Below, one piece after another: positions 35,370-44,270 of a stretch of 64,000 bases of DNA. Position numbers and translations under genes: made by a program. The notes under the pieces were generated by a model. It had not been told where the DNA came from, did no database searches, and saw nothing but the letters and a program-made list of their open reading frames with translations. How positions within the stretch are numbered: the first letter of the stretch is position 1; every line of letters starts with the position of its first letter. This stretch comes from an uncultured Acidobacteriota bacterium (GTDB lineage Bacteria > Acidobacteriota > Thermoanaerobaculia > UBA5066 > Gp7-AA6). The stretch spans positions 3,794,315 to 3,858,314 of the forward strand of contig CAWDEF010000001.1 in NCBI GenBank assembly GCA_963801275.1, written 5' to 3'.

Positions 35370-36700
35370 GGCGCCTCGCCTTCGCCTTCGACCGCGAGCC
35401 TCCAGCCGCGTCCCGCCGCTAGCAGCAGCGGAATCGAAGACACCGGCCGCTGGAGCGGAAACCACGTCAGGGCACCGACGGATCCGGCTACCAGCAGTGC
35501 GAGCAGGAGCGCCGCCTCTGCCCGGGCGCCGCCCCGCCTTGCGGTCCGTCCGAGCGCCCCGAGCAGGGACAGGGCCGCCGCGACGGCGGCGAGGCCCGCG
35601 AGCCCGCCCTCGGCGAGCGCCTGGAGCGGCTCCGAGTGGGCCTCGCTGTAGGAGCTCGTCACGAGCGGATTGACGAAGCGGCGGCGCGCGGCAAGCTCGG
35701 CCTTGAGACGGTGCGGCACGAACTCGGCTCCGAAGGTGCCCGGGCCAAACCCAACCGCCGGGCGCTCGCGGAACATCTGAACCGCTGCCGACCACGGGCC
35801 GAGGCGGTATGTGAGAACACTGTCCCAGTTGCCCGCGCGCGCGGCGCCAATCGCCTCGGCGGCCCGCCTTCGCGCGGGGTGGTAGAGCCAGATCCCCCCG
35901 GCCACGACCAGGACGGCGGCGACGGCCGCCGGCGCCGCGCGCTTGCCGAGCCGGGCCCAGGCGAGCGCCGCCGTGCCCGCGGCGAGTGCGGTCAGCGAGG
36001 TGAGGTTCTGGTTCACGACGAGGTCCGCGAGGAAGAGGGGCAGCGCGGCCGCGCACAGCCAGCGGAGCGCCGGGCGCCGGGTTTCCAGAGCCACCGCCAG
36101 CGCCGCCACGGCTGCAAGGGCGAGCGCGAGGGCGAGGTACCCCACGTTTCCGACGAACGCACCGGTCGCATCGCGCGCGCCGCTCACGTCGACGGCGAAG
36201 GGCTGAAAGAGCCTCCTGCCCTGCGCCAGCGAGACGGCGGCGTTGAATGCCGCGAGGGCGAGGAAGACCGAAAGCAGCGCGCGTCCGTACCGGGGGATCA
36301 CCCGGGAAGCTCCGAGCGGAAGAAGGAGCGCGAAGACGAGCAGCGGCCTCAGGGAATCGAGGGCAAGCGCGCGACGGGGCGAGAGCCAGGCCGAGGCGAC
36401 CGCGCCGCAGAGCGCGGCCGCTGCGAGAATCGACGCGGCCTTGGGCAGCGGGCCGGCGGAGTGCCACAGGTCGGCAAGCGCCCCCCTGGGGCGGCGGGGA
36501 AGGAAGGCCGCGGCCGCGGCGAGCGCGATCAGCAGCAGGCTCGCCAGGCGCTTCGGGGCGTCGAAGGACGCGTCGGCGCCGGGATCCACGAGCAGGGCCG
36601 AGGCGGCGAGCGCGGCGCCGAGGGCGACGGCAGCCACGGCGGCGCCCCGATCGTGCCCGGGGCCGCCGGCCGGAGTCCTTCCCTTCCTCGCGCGCGGCAT
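35366..36700 (-). CDS. O-antigen ligase / Wzy_C family polytopic membrane protein
   Basis: 444 aa with about 10-12 TM helices and a large loop (...HPARRRAAEAIGAARAGNWDSVLTYRLGPWSAAVQMFRERPAVGFGPGTFGAEF...) of the type seen in the WaaL/Wzy/PglL family. Confidence 0.7.
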   Translation of the reverse strand: MPRARKGRTPAGGPGHDRGAAVAAVALGAALAASALLVDPGADASFDAPKRLASLLLIALAAAAAFLPRRPRGALADLWHSAGPLPKAASILAAAALCGAVASAWLSPRRALALDSLRPLLVFALLLPLGASRVIPRYGRALLSVFLALAAFNAAVSLAQGRRLFQPFAVDVSGARDATGAFVGNVGYLALALALAAVAALAVALETRRPALRWLCAAALPLFLADLVVNQNLTSLTALAAGTAALAWARLGKRAAPAAVAAVLVVAGGIWLYHPARRRAAEAIGAARAGNWDSVLTYRLGPWSAAVQMFRERPAVGFGPGTFGAEFVPHRLKAELAARRRFVNPLVTSSYSEAHSEPLQALAEGGLAGLAAVAAALSLLGALGRTARRGGARAEAALLLALLVAGSVGALTWFPLQRPVSSIPLLLAAGRGWRLAVEGEGEAP

Positions 36701-36753
36701 GGGCGCGGATTAGAGCAGGTTCCGCCCGTCCTGTCTTATGCTCGATTTTTCCC

Positions 36754-39084
36754 ATGACCCGCTGGACCGCCGCCCGCCCACGCCGCGTCTCTCTGCACCT
36801 GTGGATCTACCGGCGGCGCGTCGCGATCCTCGCCGGGCTGGCGGGCGTTCTCGTCTCGGCGTTGCTGGTCGTCGGCTACTTCACGCGGGTCGTCGTCACG
36901 AGGTTCGACGGCCGACGCTGGAGTCTACCCTCGCGCATCTATTCGGACATGGCGATCTGGAGGATGGGCGACGGCGGCAGCCCCGACCGGATCGTTCGAA
37001 AACTCGAGCGTCTCCTCTACCAGGAGACCGACTCCCGTCCCACCCGGGAGGGCTCGTTCCACCGCAGCGGGAACACCCTCGAGGTCTTCACGCGGGACTT
37101 TCTCTACCCGGGCCGCGCCTTCCGGGGCGTGGCCTACCGGATCGAATTCGGAAGGGGTGTCGTGAAATCCATCGCCTCGTTCTCCGGCGAGCAGCTGGAC
37201 GCCTTCATCGTCGAGCCGGAGCGCCTGGGCTCGGTGTTCGGCGAGGAATTCGAGGACCGCACGCTCGTGCGCCTCTCCGACGTCCCGAAGACGCTGACCG
37301 ACGCGATTCTGGTGACCGAGGACCGGGATTTCTACCGTCACGCGGGCGTGTCGATCCGCCGCAGCCTCGGGGCGGTGATCTCGAACCTGAAGGGCGGGGC
37401 CACGCAGGGCGGCTCCACGCTGACCCAGCAGCTGGTGAAAAACCTCTATCTCTCGCCCGAGCGAACAATCAAACGCAAGGCCCTCGAGGCCGTCATGGCG
37501 CTGATTCTGGACGCCCGGTACACGAAGGACGAGATCTTCGAGGCGTACCTGAACGAGATTTACCTCGGCCAGCACGGCTCGATCGCGGTGACGGGCGTGG
37601 GGGAGGCGGCCCGCTTCTACTTCGGCAAACCCGTCGGCGACCTCGACCTTTCCGAGGTCGCGCTGCTTGCCGGAATGATCAAGGCGCCCAACGTCTACTC
37701 GCCGGCCCGCAATCCCGACAAGGCGCGCCAGCGGCGGGACCTCGTCCTGCGGCTGATGCGTGAGGAGGGCCGGATCGACGAGGTGGCCCTGCGGGAGGCC
37801 CTGGCCGAGCCGGTCTCGGCGCACTCGCGGAGGACCGAGCGCACAATCGCCCCGCACTTCGTGGACTTCGTCAAGTCGGAGCTTGCCGAGCGCTATGGCG
37901 AGAAATTGAAGACCGAGGCGCTGCAGATCTACACGACGCTCGACGTCGACCTGCAGCAGGCCAGCCAGCGCGCGGTGACGGACGGACTGGCGGCGCTGGA
38001 GAAGAACTACCGGAGGCTGGCGGTCGCGTCCCGGGAGGGGCCGCTGCAGGGAGCGCTGATCGGGCTCGAGCCGGAGACGGGCGCCGTCCGGGCTTTCGTG
38101 GGCGGCCGCGACTACCGGCTCTCGCAGTTCAATCGGGTCACGCAGGCGCACCGACAGCCGGGGTCGCTCTTCAAGCCGTTCGTCTTTCTCGCCGCCTTCT
38201 CGCGGCGCGATCTTCCCGTACCCATCACACCCGCCACCATCCTGCTCGATTCGCCCATCACGGTGGCATGGGACGAGCGCGCGGAGGACCAGATCTGGTC
38301 GCCGCGCGACTACGACGGCGACTTCCGCGGCCCGCTCTCCGCGCGCCGGGCGGTCGAGCTGTCGATCAACATCCCCACGGTTCGGGCCGCGCTGGCCGCA
38401 GGCCTTCCCACGGTCGTCGGTGCGGCGCGCGCGGCCGGAATCGGCTCGCGCATGAGGGGGTACCCCTCGGTGGCGCTGGGCGCGTTCGAGATTTCGCCGA
38501 TTGAGATCGCCGGCGCCTACGCGGTGCTGGCCAACGGGGGGGTGCGCGTGCGGCCCTGGGCGATCGTGGGGGTCGAGACGGCCGATGGCACCGTGCTCGA
38601 CCGCAAGGAGACGCCGATGGAGCCGGCGCTGCCCGCCGACGCCGTCTTCCTCGTCGATTCCCTCCTGCGCGGAGCCGTCGACCGCGGGACCGCCACGGGG
38701 GCCCGCGCCGGAGGCATCCGGGGTGTGCTCGCGGGCAAGACCGGCACGACCAACGACGGGCGCGACGCGTGGTTCGTCGGATTCTCGCCGCGGTTCCTGG
38801 CCGCGGTCTGGGTGGGTTACGACGACAACCGGGCCGTGCACCTCTCGGGAACGCAGGCCGCGGTCCCGATCTTCGCGGACTTCTCGAAAGCCCTTCCGCC
38901 GCAGTTTTTCGCGGGCAGCTTTCCGGTGCCCTCCGACGTGGTCACGGCGGAGATCGATCCCGAGACCGGAATGCTCGCGACCCCCGAGTGCCCGGCCCGG
39001 ATGACGGAGGTCTTCATTTCGGGAACCGAGCCGACCCAGACTTGTCCTGCGCACGGCGGCGCGTCTCCGCCTGCGGGTCCGTAG
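36754..39084 (+). CDS. Class A penicillin-binding protein (PBP1A-type glycosyltransferase/transpeptidase)
   Basis: ATG at 36754 inside track ORF 36247-39084. GT51 motifs VTEDRDFYRHAGV and GGSTLTQQLVKN. Transpeptidase motifs SLFKP (SxxK), SIN (SxN) and KTGTT. Confidence 0.9.
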   Translation: MTRWTAARPRRVSLHLWIYRRRVAILAGLAGVLVSALLVVGYFTRVVVTRFDGRRWSLPSRIYSDMAIWRMGDGGSPDRIVRKLERLLYQETDSRPTREGSFHRSGNTLEVFTRDFLYPGRAFRGVAYRIEFGRGVVKSIASFSGEQLDAFIVEPERLGSVFGEEFEDRTLVRLSDVPKTLTDAILVTEDRDFYRHAGVSIRRSLGAVISNLKGGATQGGSTLTQQLVKNLYLSPERTIKRKALEAVMALILDARYTKDEIFEAYLNEIYLGQHGSIAVTGVGEAARFYFGKPVGDLDLSEVALLAGMIKAPNVYSPARNPDKARQRRDLVLRLMREEGRIDEVALREALAEPVSAHSRRTERTIAPHFVDFVKSELAERYGEKLKTEALQIYTTLDVDLQQASQRAVTDGLAALEKNYRRLAVASREGPLQGALIGLEPETGAVRAFVGGRDYRLSQFNRVTQAHRQPGSLFKPFVFLAAFSRRDLPVPITPATILLDSPITVAWDERAEDQIWSPRDYDGDFRGPLSARRAVELSINIPTVRAALAAGLPTVVGAARAAGIGSRMRGYPSVALGAFEISPIEIAGAYAVLANGGVRVRPWAIVGVETADGTVLDRKETPMEPALPADAVFLVDSLLRGAVDRGTATGARAGGIRGVLAGKTGTTNDGRDAWFVGFSPRFLAAVWVGYDDNRAVHLSGTQAAVPIFADFSKALPPQFFAGSFPVPSDVVTAEIDPETGMLATPECPARMTEVFISGTEPTQTCPAHGGASPPAGP

Positions 39085-39120
39085 CCCGCGGCCCCGCGTT
39101 CTGGTAAGGTTTTCGGTTTC

Positions 39121-42012
39121 ATGCTCCGACGTTCCGAGCGTTCTCGTTCCTCCTCGATCCGGATCCGCGGGGCCCGCACCCACAACTTGAAGGGCGTCTC
39201 CGTTTCGATCCCGACTGGCCGCCTGACGGTGATCACGGGCGTGTCCGGCTCGGGGAAGTCTTCCCTCGCGTTCGATACGCTGTACGCGGAAGGGCAGCGG
39301 CGGTACGCCGAGTCCCTGTCCACCTACGCCCGCCAGTTCCTGGAACGGCTCGACCGCCCCGACGTCGATTCCATCGAGCCGGTGCCCCCGGCGATCGCGC
39401 TCGAGCAGAAGAACGGTGTCCGCAATGCTCGGTCGACCGTAGGCACGCAAACCGAAATCCTGGACGCGTTGCGCCTGCTCTTCGCCCACGGCGGGACGAC
39501 GGTCTGTCCCGACTGCGATTGCGAGGCCGTGGCGGGAGGCGTCGACCGGGCCGTCGCGGAGATCGCCCTCGCCCCGGAGGGGACGCGACTCACGCTCGTG
39601 GCGCCGGTTCCCTGGACACCGGCCACGCCGGCAAGGCCCCGCACCGCGCGTCGCCGGGCCGAGGAGGAGCGCCTGCGCCTCCAGGAGTTGAAGCGCGCGG
39701 GCTTCTTCCGGGCGCTCGACCCGGCGGGGCAGACCGTGGAGATCGGAGAGGGGGTTGCCGACCTGCTCGACCCGGAGGGACGCCTGCCGCTGGTGGTCGG
39801 TCGCTTCGCGGTTCGCGAGGCGTCTCGCTCCGAGATCGCCTCCGCCGTCGAGACGGCCTTCACGCTCTCCGGCAGCGTGACGGCCGTTCGGGAGGACGGC
39901 GCACGAACGTTTCAGCGCGGGCTCCACTGCCCCCGCTGCGCCCGGGAGTTCCGAGACCCCACGCCCGCCCTCTTCGCGTTCAACTCGCCGCTCGGCGCCT
40001 GTCCCGCCTGCCAGGGCTTCGGGCGAGTGATCGGCGTCGACCTCGAGAAGGTGATTCCGGATCCGGAGCTCTCCCTGGAGGACCGGCCGGTGGCCCCCTG
40101 GAACACGCCGGCCTACGAGTCGGCCTACGACGACCTGTTTCGCGCCTGCCGCCGTTACTCGGTGCGCACGGACATCCCCGTGCGGCGGCTCTCGGCGCAC
40201 GAGCGCGAGGTTCTCGTCGAGGGCCGCGGAGACTTCTACGGGATCCGTGGCTTCTTCGACTGGCTCGAAACGAAGCGGTACAAGATCCACGTCCGGGTGC
40301 TGCTGGCGCGTTACCGGGCCTACACGCTCTGCCCGCAGTGCCGCGGGGCGCGGCTGGCGCCCGGCGCGCTCGCAGTGCGGTTTCGCGGGCACACGGTTTC
40401 GGCGCTGTGCGTTTGGCCGCTTTCGGAGCTTCACCGCTGGCTGGGGGAGCTCACGCTGTCCGCAGCGGAAGAGGAGCGGCTTTCTTCGATCGTCGCCGAG
40501 ATCCGCTCCCGGGTCCGCTACATGAACGACGTCGGTCTCGGGTACCTGACGCTCTCGCGCGCCGCGCGCACGCTCTCGGGAGGCGAGTCCCAGCGCATCG
40601 GCCTCGCTTCGGCCCTGGGCGGGGCGTTGACGGGCACGCTCTACGTGCTCGACGAGCCGACCATCGGCCTCCACGCGGCGGACACCCGACGCCTGCTCGG
40701 GATCCTGCGGCGGCTGGCCGATCGCGGCAACACGGTTGTGGTCGTGGAGCACGATCCCGAGGCCATCGAAGCCGCGGACCATCTCATCGATCTGGGTCCC
40801 GGAGCGGGCAGCGCCGGCGGCCATCTTCTCTTCGAGGGGACGCCCCGCGCACTGGCTCGGGTGCGCGGTTCGGCGACCGGGGAGCTGCTCCGGCGGCGCG
40901 GGGCGGGCGGCCGGGCGCGGGCCGAGGCGCCCGCCCGAAGGCCCGAGGGCCGACTGGTGGCGTTTCGGCGGGCCGAAGGAACGGTGACAATCCGCGGCGC
41001 GAGAGCGCACAACTTGAAAGACCTGACCGTGCGCCTGCCGCTCGGGCGTCTGGTCGCTGTCTCGGGGGTCTCGGGCTCGGGCAAATCGACGCTCGTGCGC
41101 GACATCCTGCACAACTCCTATGCCCGCCGGGTGAAGGGAGCGGTGCAGCTGGACGTCGGCGAGCACGATGCGATCGACGGCCTCGAGGGTGTGGCGGACG
41201 TTCTGATGGTCGACCAGGGCCCCCTCGGACGCTCGGCTCGCTCGAATCCGGTCACCTACATGAAGGCCTGGGACGAGATCCGACAGGTGTTCGCGCGCCG
41301 TGCGGGGCGGCGCGGCCTGTCCGCGCGCGACTTCTCCTTCAATGCCGCTGGCGGCCGCTGCGAGGCGTGCAAGGGAACGGGCTGGCAGACCATCGACATG
41401 CAGTTCCTGGCCGACGTCACGGTCCGTTGCGACGTTTGTGACGGGCGCCGGTTCCAGAACAAGGTTCTTGCGGCCCGGCATCGGGGCAAGAACATCTTCG
41501 ACCTGCTCGAGATGACCGTCGAGGAGGCGATGGGCTTCTTCTCCGAAGAGGAGAAGATCCGGCGCCGGCTGGCGCCCCTGGTGGACGTGGGCCTCGGGTA
41601 CCTTCCCCTCGGACAGCCGACGGCGACCCTTTCGGGAGGCGAGGCGCAGCGTCTGAAGCTCGCCTCGTTCCTCGACATTCGGCCCGCGGCGGCACGCGGA
41701 ACGCTCTTCCTCTTCGACGAGCCCACGACGGGCCTCCACGCCCGCGACGTGGACCGCCTGCTGGCGACCTTCCGGCGCCTGCTCCTTCGCGGGCACTCGG
41801 TCGTGGCAATCGAGCACCACCTGGAGTTTCTGGCGGCCGCCGACTGGATCGTCGATCTGGGCCCGGGCGGGGGCGATGAGGGCGGAAGGATCGTGGCCGA
41901 GGGCCCTCCGGCCGAGATTCGGAAGAATCCTGCGAGCCTGACGGGCAGGTACCTGGCCGGAACGGCTCCGGTGCCTCCACCCCCGGAGCGCAAGGCGAGC
42001 GAGGGGAGCTAG
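39121..42012 (+). CDS. uvrA: UvrA-family ABC ATPase (excinuclease ABC subunit A or a UvrA paralogue)
   Basis: 963 aa. IRGARTHNLKGVSVSIPTGRLTVITGVSGSGKSSLAFDTLYAEGQRRY, zinc modules (CPRC...CPACQG; CPQCRG), two ABC signature/Walker B sets (LSGGESQRIGLA..LYVLDEPT; LSGGEAQRLKLA..LFLFDEPT) and a second Walker A (VSGVSGSGKST). Confidence 0.8.
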   Translation: MLRRSERSRSSSIRIRGARTHNLKGVSVSIPTGRLTVITGVSGSGKSSLAFDTLYAEGQRRYAESLSTYARQFLERLDRPDVDSIEPVPPAIALEQKNGVRNARSTVGTQTEILDALRLLFAHGGTTVCPDCDCEAVAGGVDRAVAEIALAPEGTRLTLVAPVPWTPATPARPRTARRRAEEERLRLQELKRAGFFRALDPAGQTVEIGEGVADLLDPEGRLPLVVGRFAVREASRSEIASAVETAFTLSGSVTAVREDGARTFQRGLHCPRCAREFRDPTPALFAFNSPLGACPACQGFGRVIGVDLEKVIPDPELSLEDRPVAPWNTPAYESAYDDLFRACRRYSVRTDIPVRRLSAHEREVLVEGRGDFYGIRGFFDWLETKRYKIHVRVLLARYRAYTLCPQCRGARLAPGALAVRFRGHTVSALCVWPLSELHRWLGELTLSAAEEERLSSIVAEIRSRVRYMNDVGLGYLTLSRAARTLSGGESQRIGLASALGGALTGTLYVLDEPTIGLHAADTRRLLGILRRLADRGNTVVVVEHDPEAIEAADHLIDLGPGAGSAGGHLLFEGTPRALARVRGSATGELLRRRGAGGRARAEAPARRPEGRLVAFRRAEGTVTIRGARAHNLKDLTVRLPLGRLVAVSGVSGSGKSTLVRDILHNSYARRVKGAVQLDVGEHDAIDGLEGVADVLMVDQGPLGRSARSNPVTYMKAWDEIRQVFARRAGRRGLSARDFSFNAAGGRCEACKGTGWQTIDMQFLADVTVRCDVCDGRRFQNKVLAARHRGKNIFDLLEMTVEEAMGFFSEEEKIRRRLAPLVDVGLGYLPLGQPTATLSGGEAQRLKLASFLDIRPAAARGTLFLFDEPTTGLHARDVDRLLATFRRLLLRGHSVVAIEHHLEFLAAADWIVDLGPGGGDEGGRIVAEGPPAEIRKNPASLTGRYLAGTAPVPPPPERKASEGS

Positions 42013-42016
42013 CCGG

Positions 42017-42565
42017 CTACTTTGCCTTCGCCTTCGCCTCTTTCAGGAACTTCTCGAGTGCGTCCCGGCCACCCCAGCCCTCCATGCGCGCGAGCTCTTT
42101 GCCGTCGGCGCCGGCTGCGACGAGGGTCGGGAACGCCTCGACACCGTACTTGCTCTGAAGCTCGTCGACCACTGCCGAGTTCTTGCCGTCCTCGCGGGAG
42201 CGGTCCATGACGCGCGCGGGCACGAACGTGTCGTTGGCGATGGCAGCCAGCTCCTCATCGCTCCATCCGTCCTCGTCCAGCCTGTGGCAGGGTGCGCACC
42301 AGGCGGCGGTGAAGTCATAGAGGGCGGGCCTTCCGGAAGCCTCCGAGAGGGTCGCCGCCTTCTCCGGGGGAACCCATCGTACCCGGGGCGGCGCGCTTGC
42401 CGGGGTGCGCGCGGCCTCGGGACGCGCGCTGCGGTCGGTCACCGCCGTGACCACACGGAAGAGAAGGGCCGCGAGCAGGACGAAAAAGAGCGCGGCGGAA
42501 AGGCGCGACTGCGATCCGCGCGGGGAGAGGCCGGCCGACGGGGCCGGCGTTTCAGTCGTGTCCAT
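42017..42565 (-). CDS. Membrane-anchored thioredoxin-fold protein
   Basis: 182 aa. TM segment LSAALFFVLLAALLF, then YDFTAAWCAPCHRLD (WCxxC) and ...EAFPTLV... Its start overlaps the upstream permease gene by 14 nt. Confidence 0.7.
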   Translation of the reverse strand: MDTTETPAPSAGLSPRGSQSRLSAALFFVLLAALLFRVVTAVTDRSARPEAARTPASAPPRVRWVPPEKAATLSEASGRPALYDFTAAWCAPCHRLDEDGWSDEELAAIANDTFVPARVMDRSREDGKNSAVVDELQSKYGVEAFPTLVAAGADGKELARMEGWGGRDALEKFLKEAKAKAK

Positions 42566-43277
42566 ACGAGAACTCCCTTCGGCTGAAGACCACGGCAGCC
42601 AGGATCAGGAAGGTCGTCAGGGCGAGCACCCAGCGTCCCGTTGCCTCCCCCAGGACGCCCTGGCCGCGCAGGACCTCGCCCCAGTCGACACGGGGCAGGA
42701 TGTTGGCTCGAAGGGCTTCGCCGGCGCGGGACAGCCACGGCCTGCGGAGCGCCTGCCCGACGCCCGGGATCAGGGCGAGGATGCCCTGCAGAACGATGAA
42801 TGCCAGAACGTCGGCGTACCCGCGCAGGAAGGTCGAAAAGAAGAGGAGGATTGCCGCGAAAAACGCGGCGGAGAGCATGGCCGCGCCCGCGCCGCGGGCA
42901 ATGGCGGCCGGCGCGAGGGCGGGCGTCGTCACGGCGCCGAGCATCCGCGGCAGCACCGCGGCGAAGAACACGCTCAGTCCACCCGCGGCGACGAGGAAGA
43001 TCGCGTACGCCGCGAGGATGCCGAGGTATCTGCCGAAGAGGTAAGAGGTCCGCCGGATGGGACGCGCCAGGATCATCTGGAGAGTCCCGCCGGAGGCGTC
43101 GCGGGAAACCGAGCCGGCGGCAAGCAAAAGCACCGCCAGAAACCCGGAGCCGAGCGCCTGCTCCGGGTCCGCCAGGGCGCCCTGTCCCGCGGTCAGCAAC
43201 GCGAGGATTGCGAGCGCGATCGCCATCGCCGGCGAGCCGAACTTCTGCCGGAGAAACCGGCGCACCATTTCGATCAC
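42552..43277 (-). CDS. ABC-2 type transporter permease
   Basis: 241 aa with six predicted TM segments. The SGGTLQMILARPIRRTSYLFGRYLG motif is typical of ABC-2 permeases. The GTG start overlaps the ATPase stop (GTGA). Confidence 0.7.
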   Translation of the reverse strand: MIEMVRRFLRQKFGSPAMAIALAILALLTAGQGALADPEQALGSGFLAVLLLAAGSVSRDASGGTLQMILARPIRRTSYLFGRYLGILAAYAIFLVAAGGLSVFFAAVLPRMLGAVTTPALAPAAIARGAGAAMLSAAFFAAILLFFSTFLRGYADVLAFIVLQGILALIPGVGQALRRPWLSRAGEALRANILPRVDWGEVLRGQGVLGEATGRWVLALTTFLILAAVVFSRREFSYGHD

Positions 43278-44185
43278 GCGCGGCCTCCGCGGCGGAACAG
43301 GTCTTCCAGATCGGCCGAAGCGCGCGCCTCCAGAACCGGAACGTCCGCCAGGGCGAGCGCCTTGACCGCCCGGGAGAGCTCCTCCTCGCCCTCGACGGAC
43401 AGACGAAGCAGGCCCCCCGCGTCCGCCTCGGCCGAAAGCCCCGCCTGCGCAAGCGCCGCGATCGCCCCGTCGGTGCGCCCCGGGGGGACCCGAACGCTCG
43501 CGCGCCGGGGCGCGGGCGTCTCTCCGCGCAGGGTCTGATCCTGCGTTAGGCGGCCTCCGTCGATGAAGACCACGCGGTCACAAACACGCTCGACCTCCGG
43601 GAGCTGATGAGAATTCAGGACGATTGTCGCGCCGCGCGCCTTCGCCGCCAGAATGCGGTCGCGCACGACCGCCACGCCGAGCGGGTCGGTGCCCGAGGCG
43701 GGCTCGTCGAGGAAGAGCAGCTCCGGATCCCGGAGCATGGCCTGGGCCACGCCGATGCGCTGGAGCATTCCCCGCGAGTATCCGGAAAGCTTGCGCAGGA
43801 GCACCCCGTCCTCCAGGCCCACGTCCCGGGCCGCGGCCGCCACCTGTCGGGGGGTCTCCGCCGGGTCGCCCCCGGCGAGCCTCCAGTGCTGGGCCAGGAA
43901 CGCCCCCCCCGTCAGGTCGCGGTCGAATCCCAGCCGCTCGGGCATGTAGCCGGTCCGGGCCCGAATCGCGAGATCGTCCGGCTCGAGCCCCCCGATCGTG
44001 ATCACGCCCCGGTCGGGACGCAGGAAGCCGAGCAGGCAGGCCAGCAGTGTCGTCTTTCCGGCGCCGTTGGGCCCGATCAGACCGAGCGTCTCGCCCCGGC
44101 GGACCTCCAGGGTGACCCCGTCCAGGGCCCGCGTGCGCCGGCCAAGCCGGCCGTAGGTCTTGGACAGGTTCGAGACTTGGATCAT
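43274..44185 (-). CDS. ABC transporter ATP-binding protein
   Basis: Walker A GPNGAGKTT, signature LSGYSRGMLQR and Walker B LLFLDEPASG, plus a roughly 90-aa C-terminal extension. Confidence 0.85.
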   Translation of the reverse strand: MIQVSNLSKTYGRLGRRTRALDGVTLEVRRGETLGLIGPNGAGKTTLLACLLGFLRPDRGVITIGGLEPDDLAIRARTGYMPERLGFDRDLTGGAFLAQHWRLAGGDPAETPRQVAAAARDVGLEDGVLLRKLSGYSRGMLQRIGVAQAMLRDPELLFLDEPASGTDPLGVAVVRDRILAAKARGATIVLNSHQLPEVERVCDRVVFIDGGRLTQDQTLRGETPAPRRASVRVPPGRTDGAIAALAQAGLSAEADAGGLLRLSVEGEEELSRAVKALALADVPVLEARASADLEDLFRRGGRA

Positions 44186-44270
44186 GTCGCCGGGAGGGTA
44201 AACCTATCAGCGGATCGCCATCTTTCCGGGAATACATGTTAGATTCGGGCGCTTTTTTATCGACGGCTCG

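Noticed and set aside
36925-41820. A 1631-aa minus-strand ORF spanning PBP1A, the intergenic gap and most of uvrA
   Set aside because: It is antisense to two genes with unambiguous family motifs. Its translation is Arg/Gly/Pro/Ala-rich with no recognisable domains. Long open antisense frames are expected at this GC content because stop codons are AT-rich.
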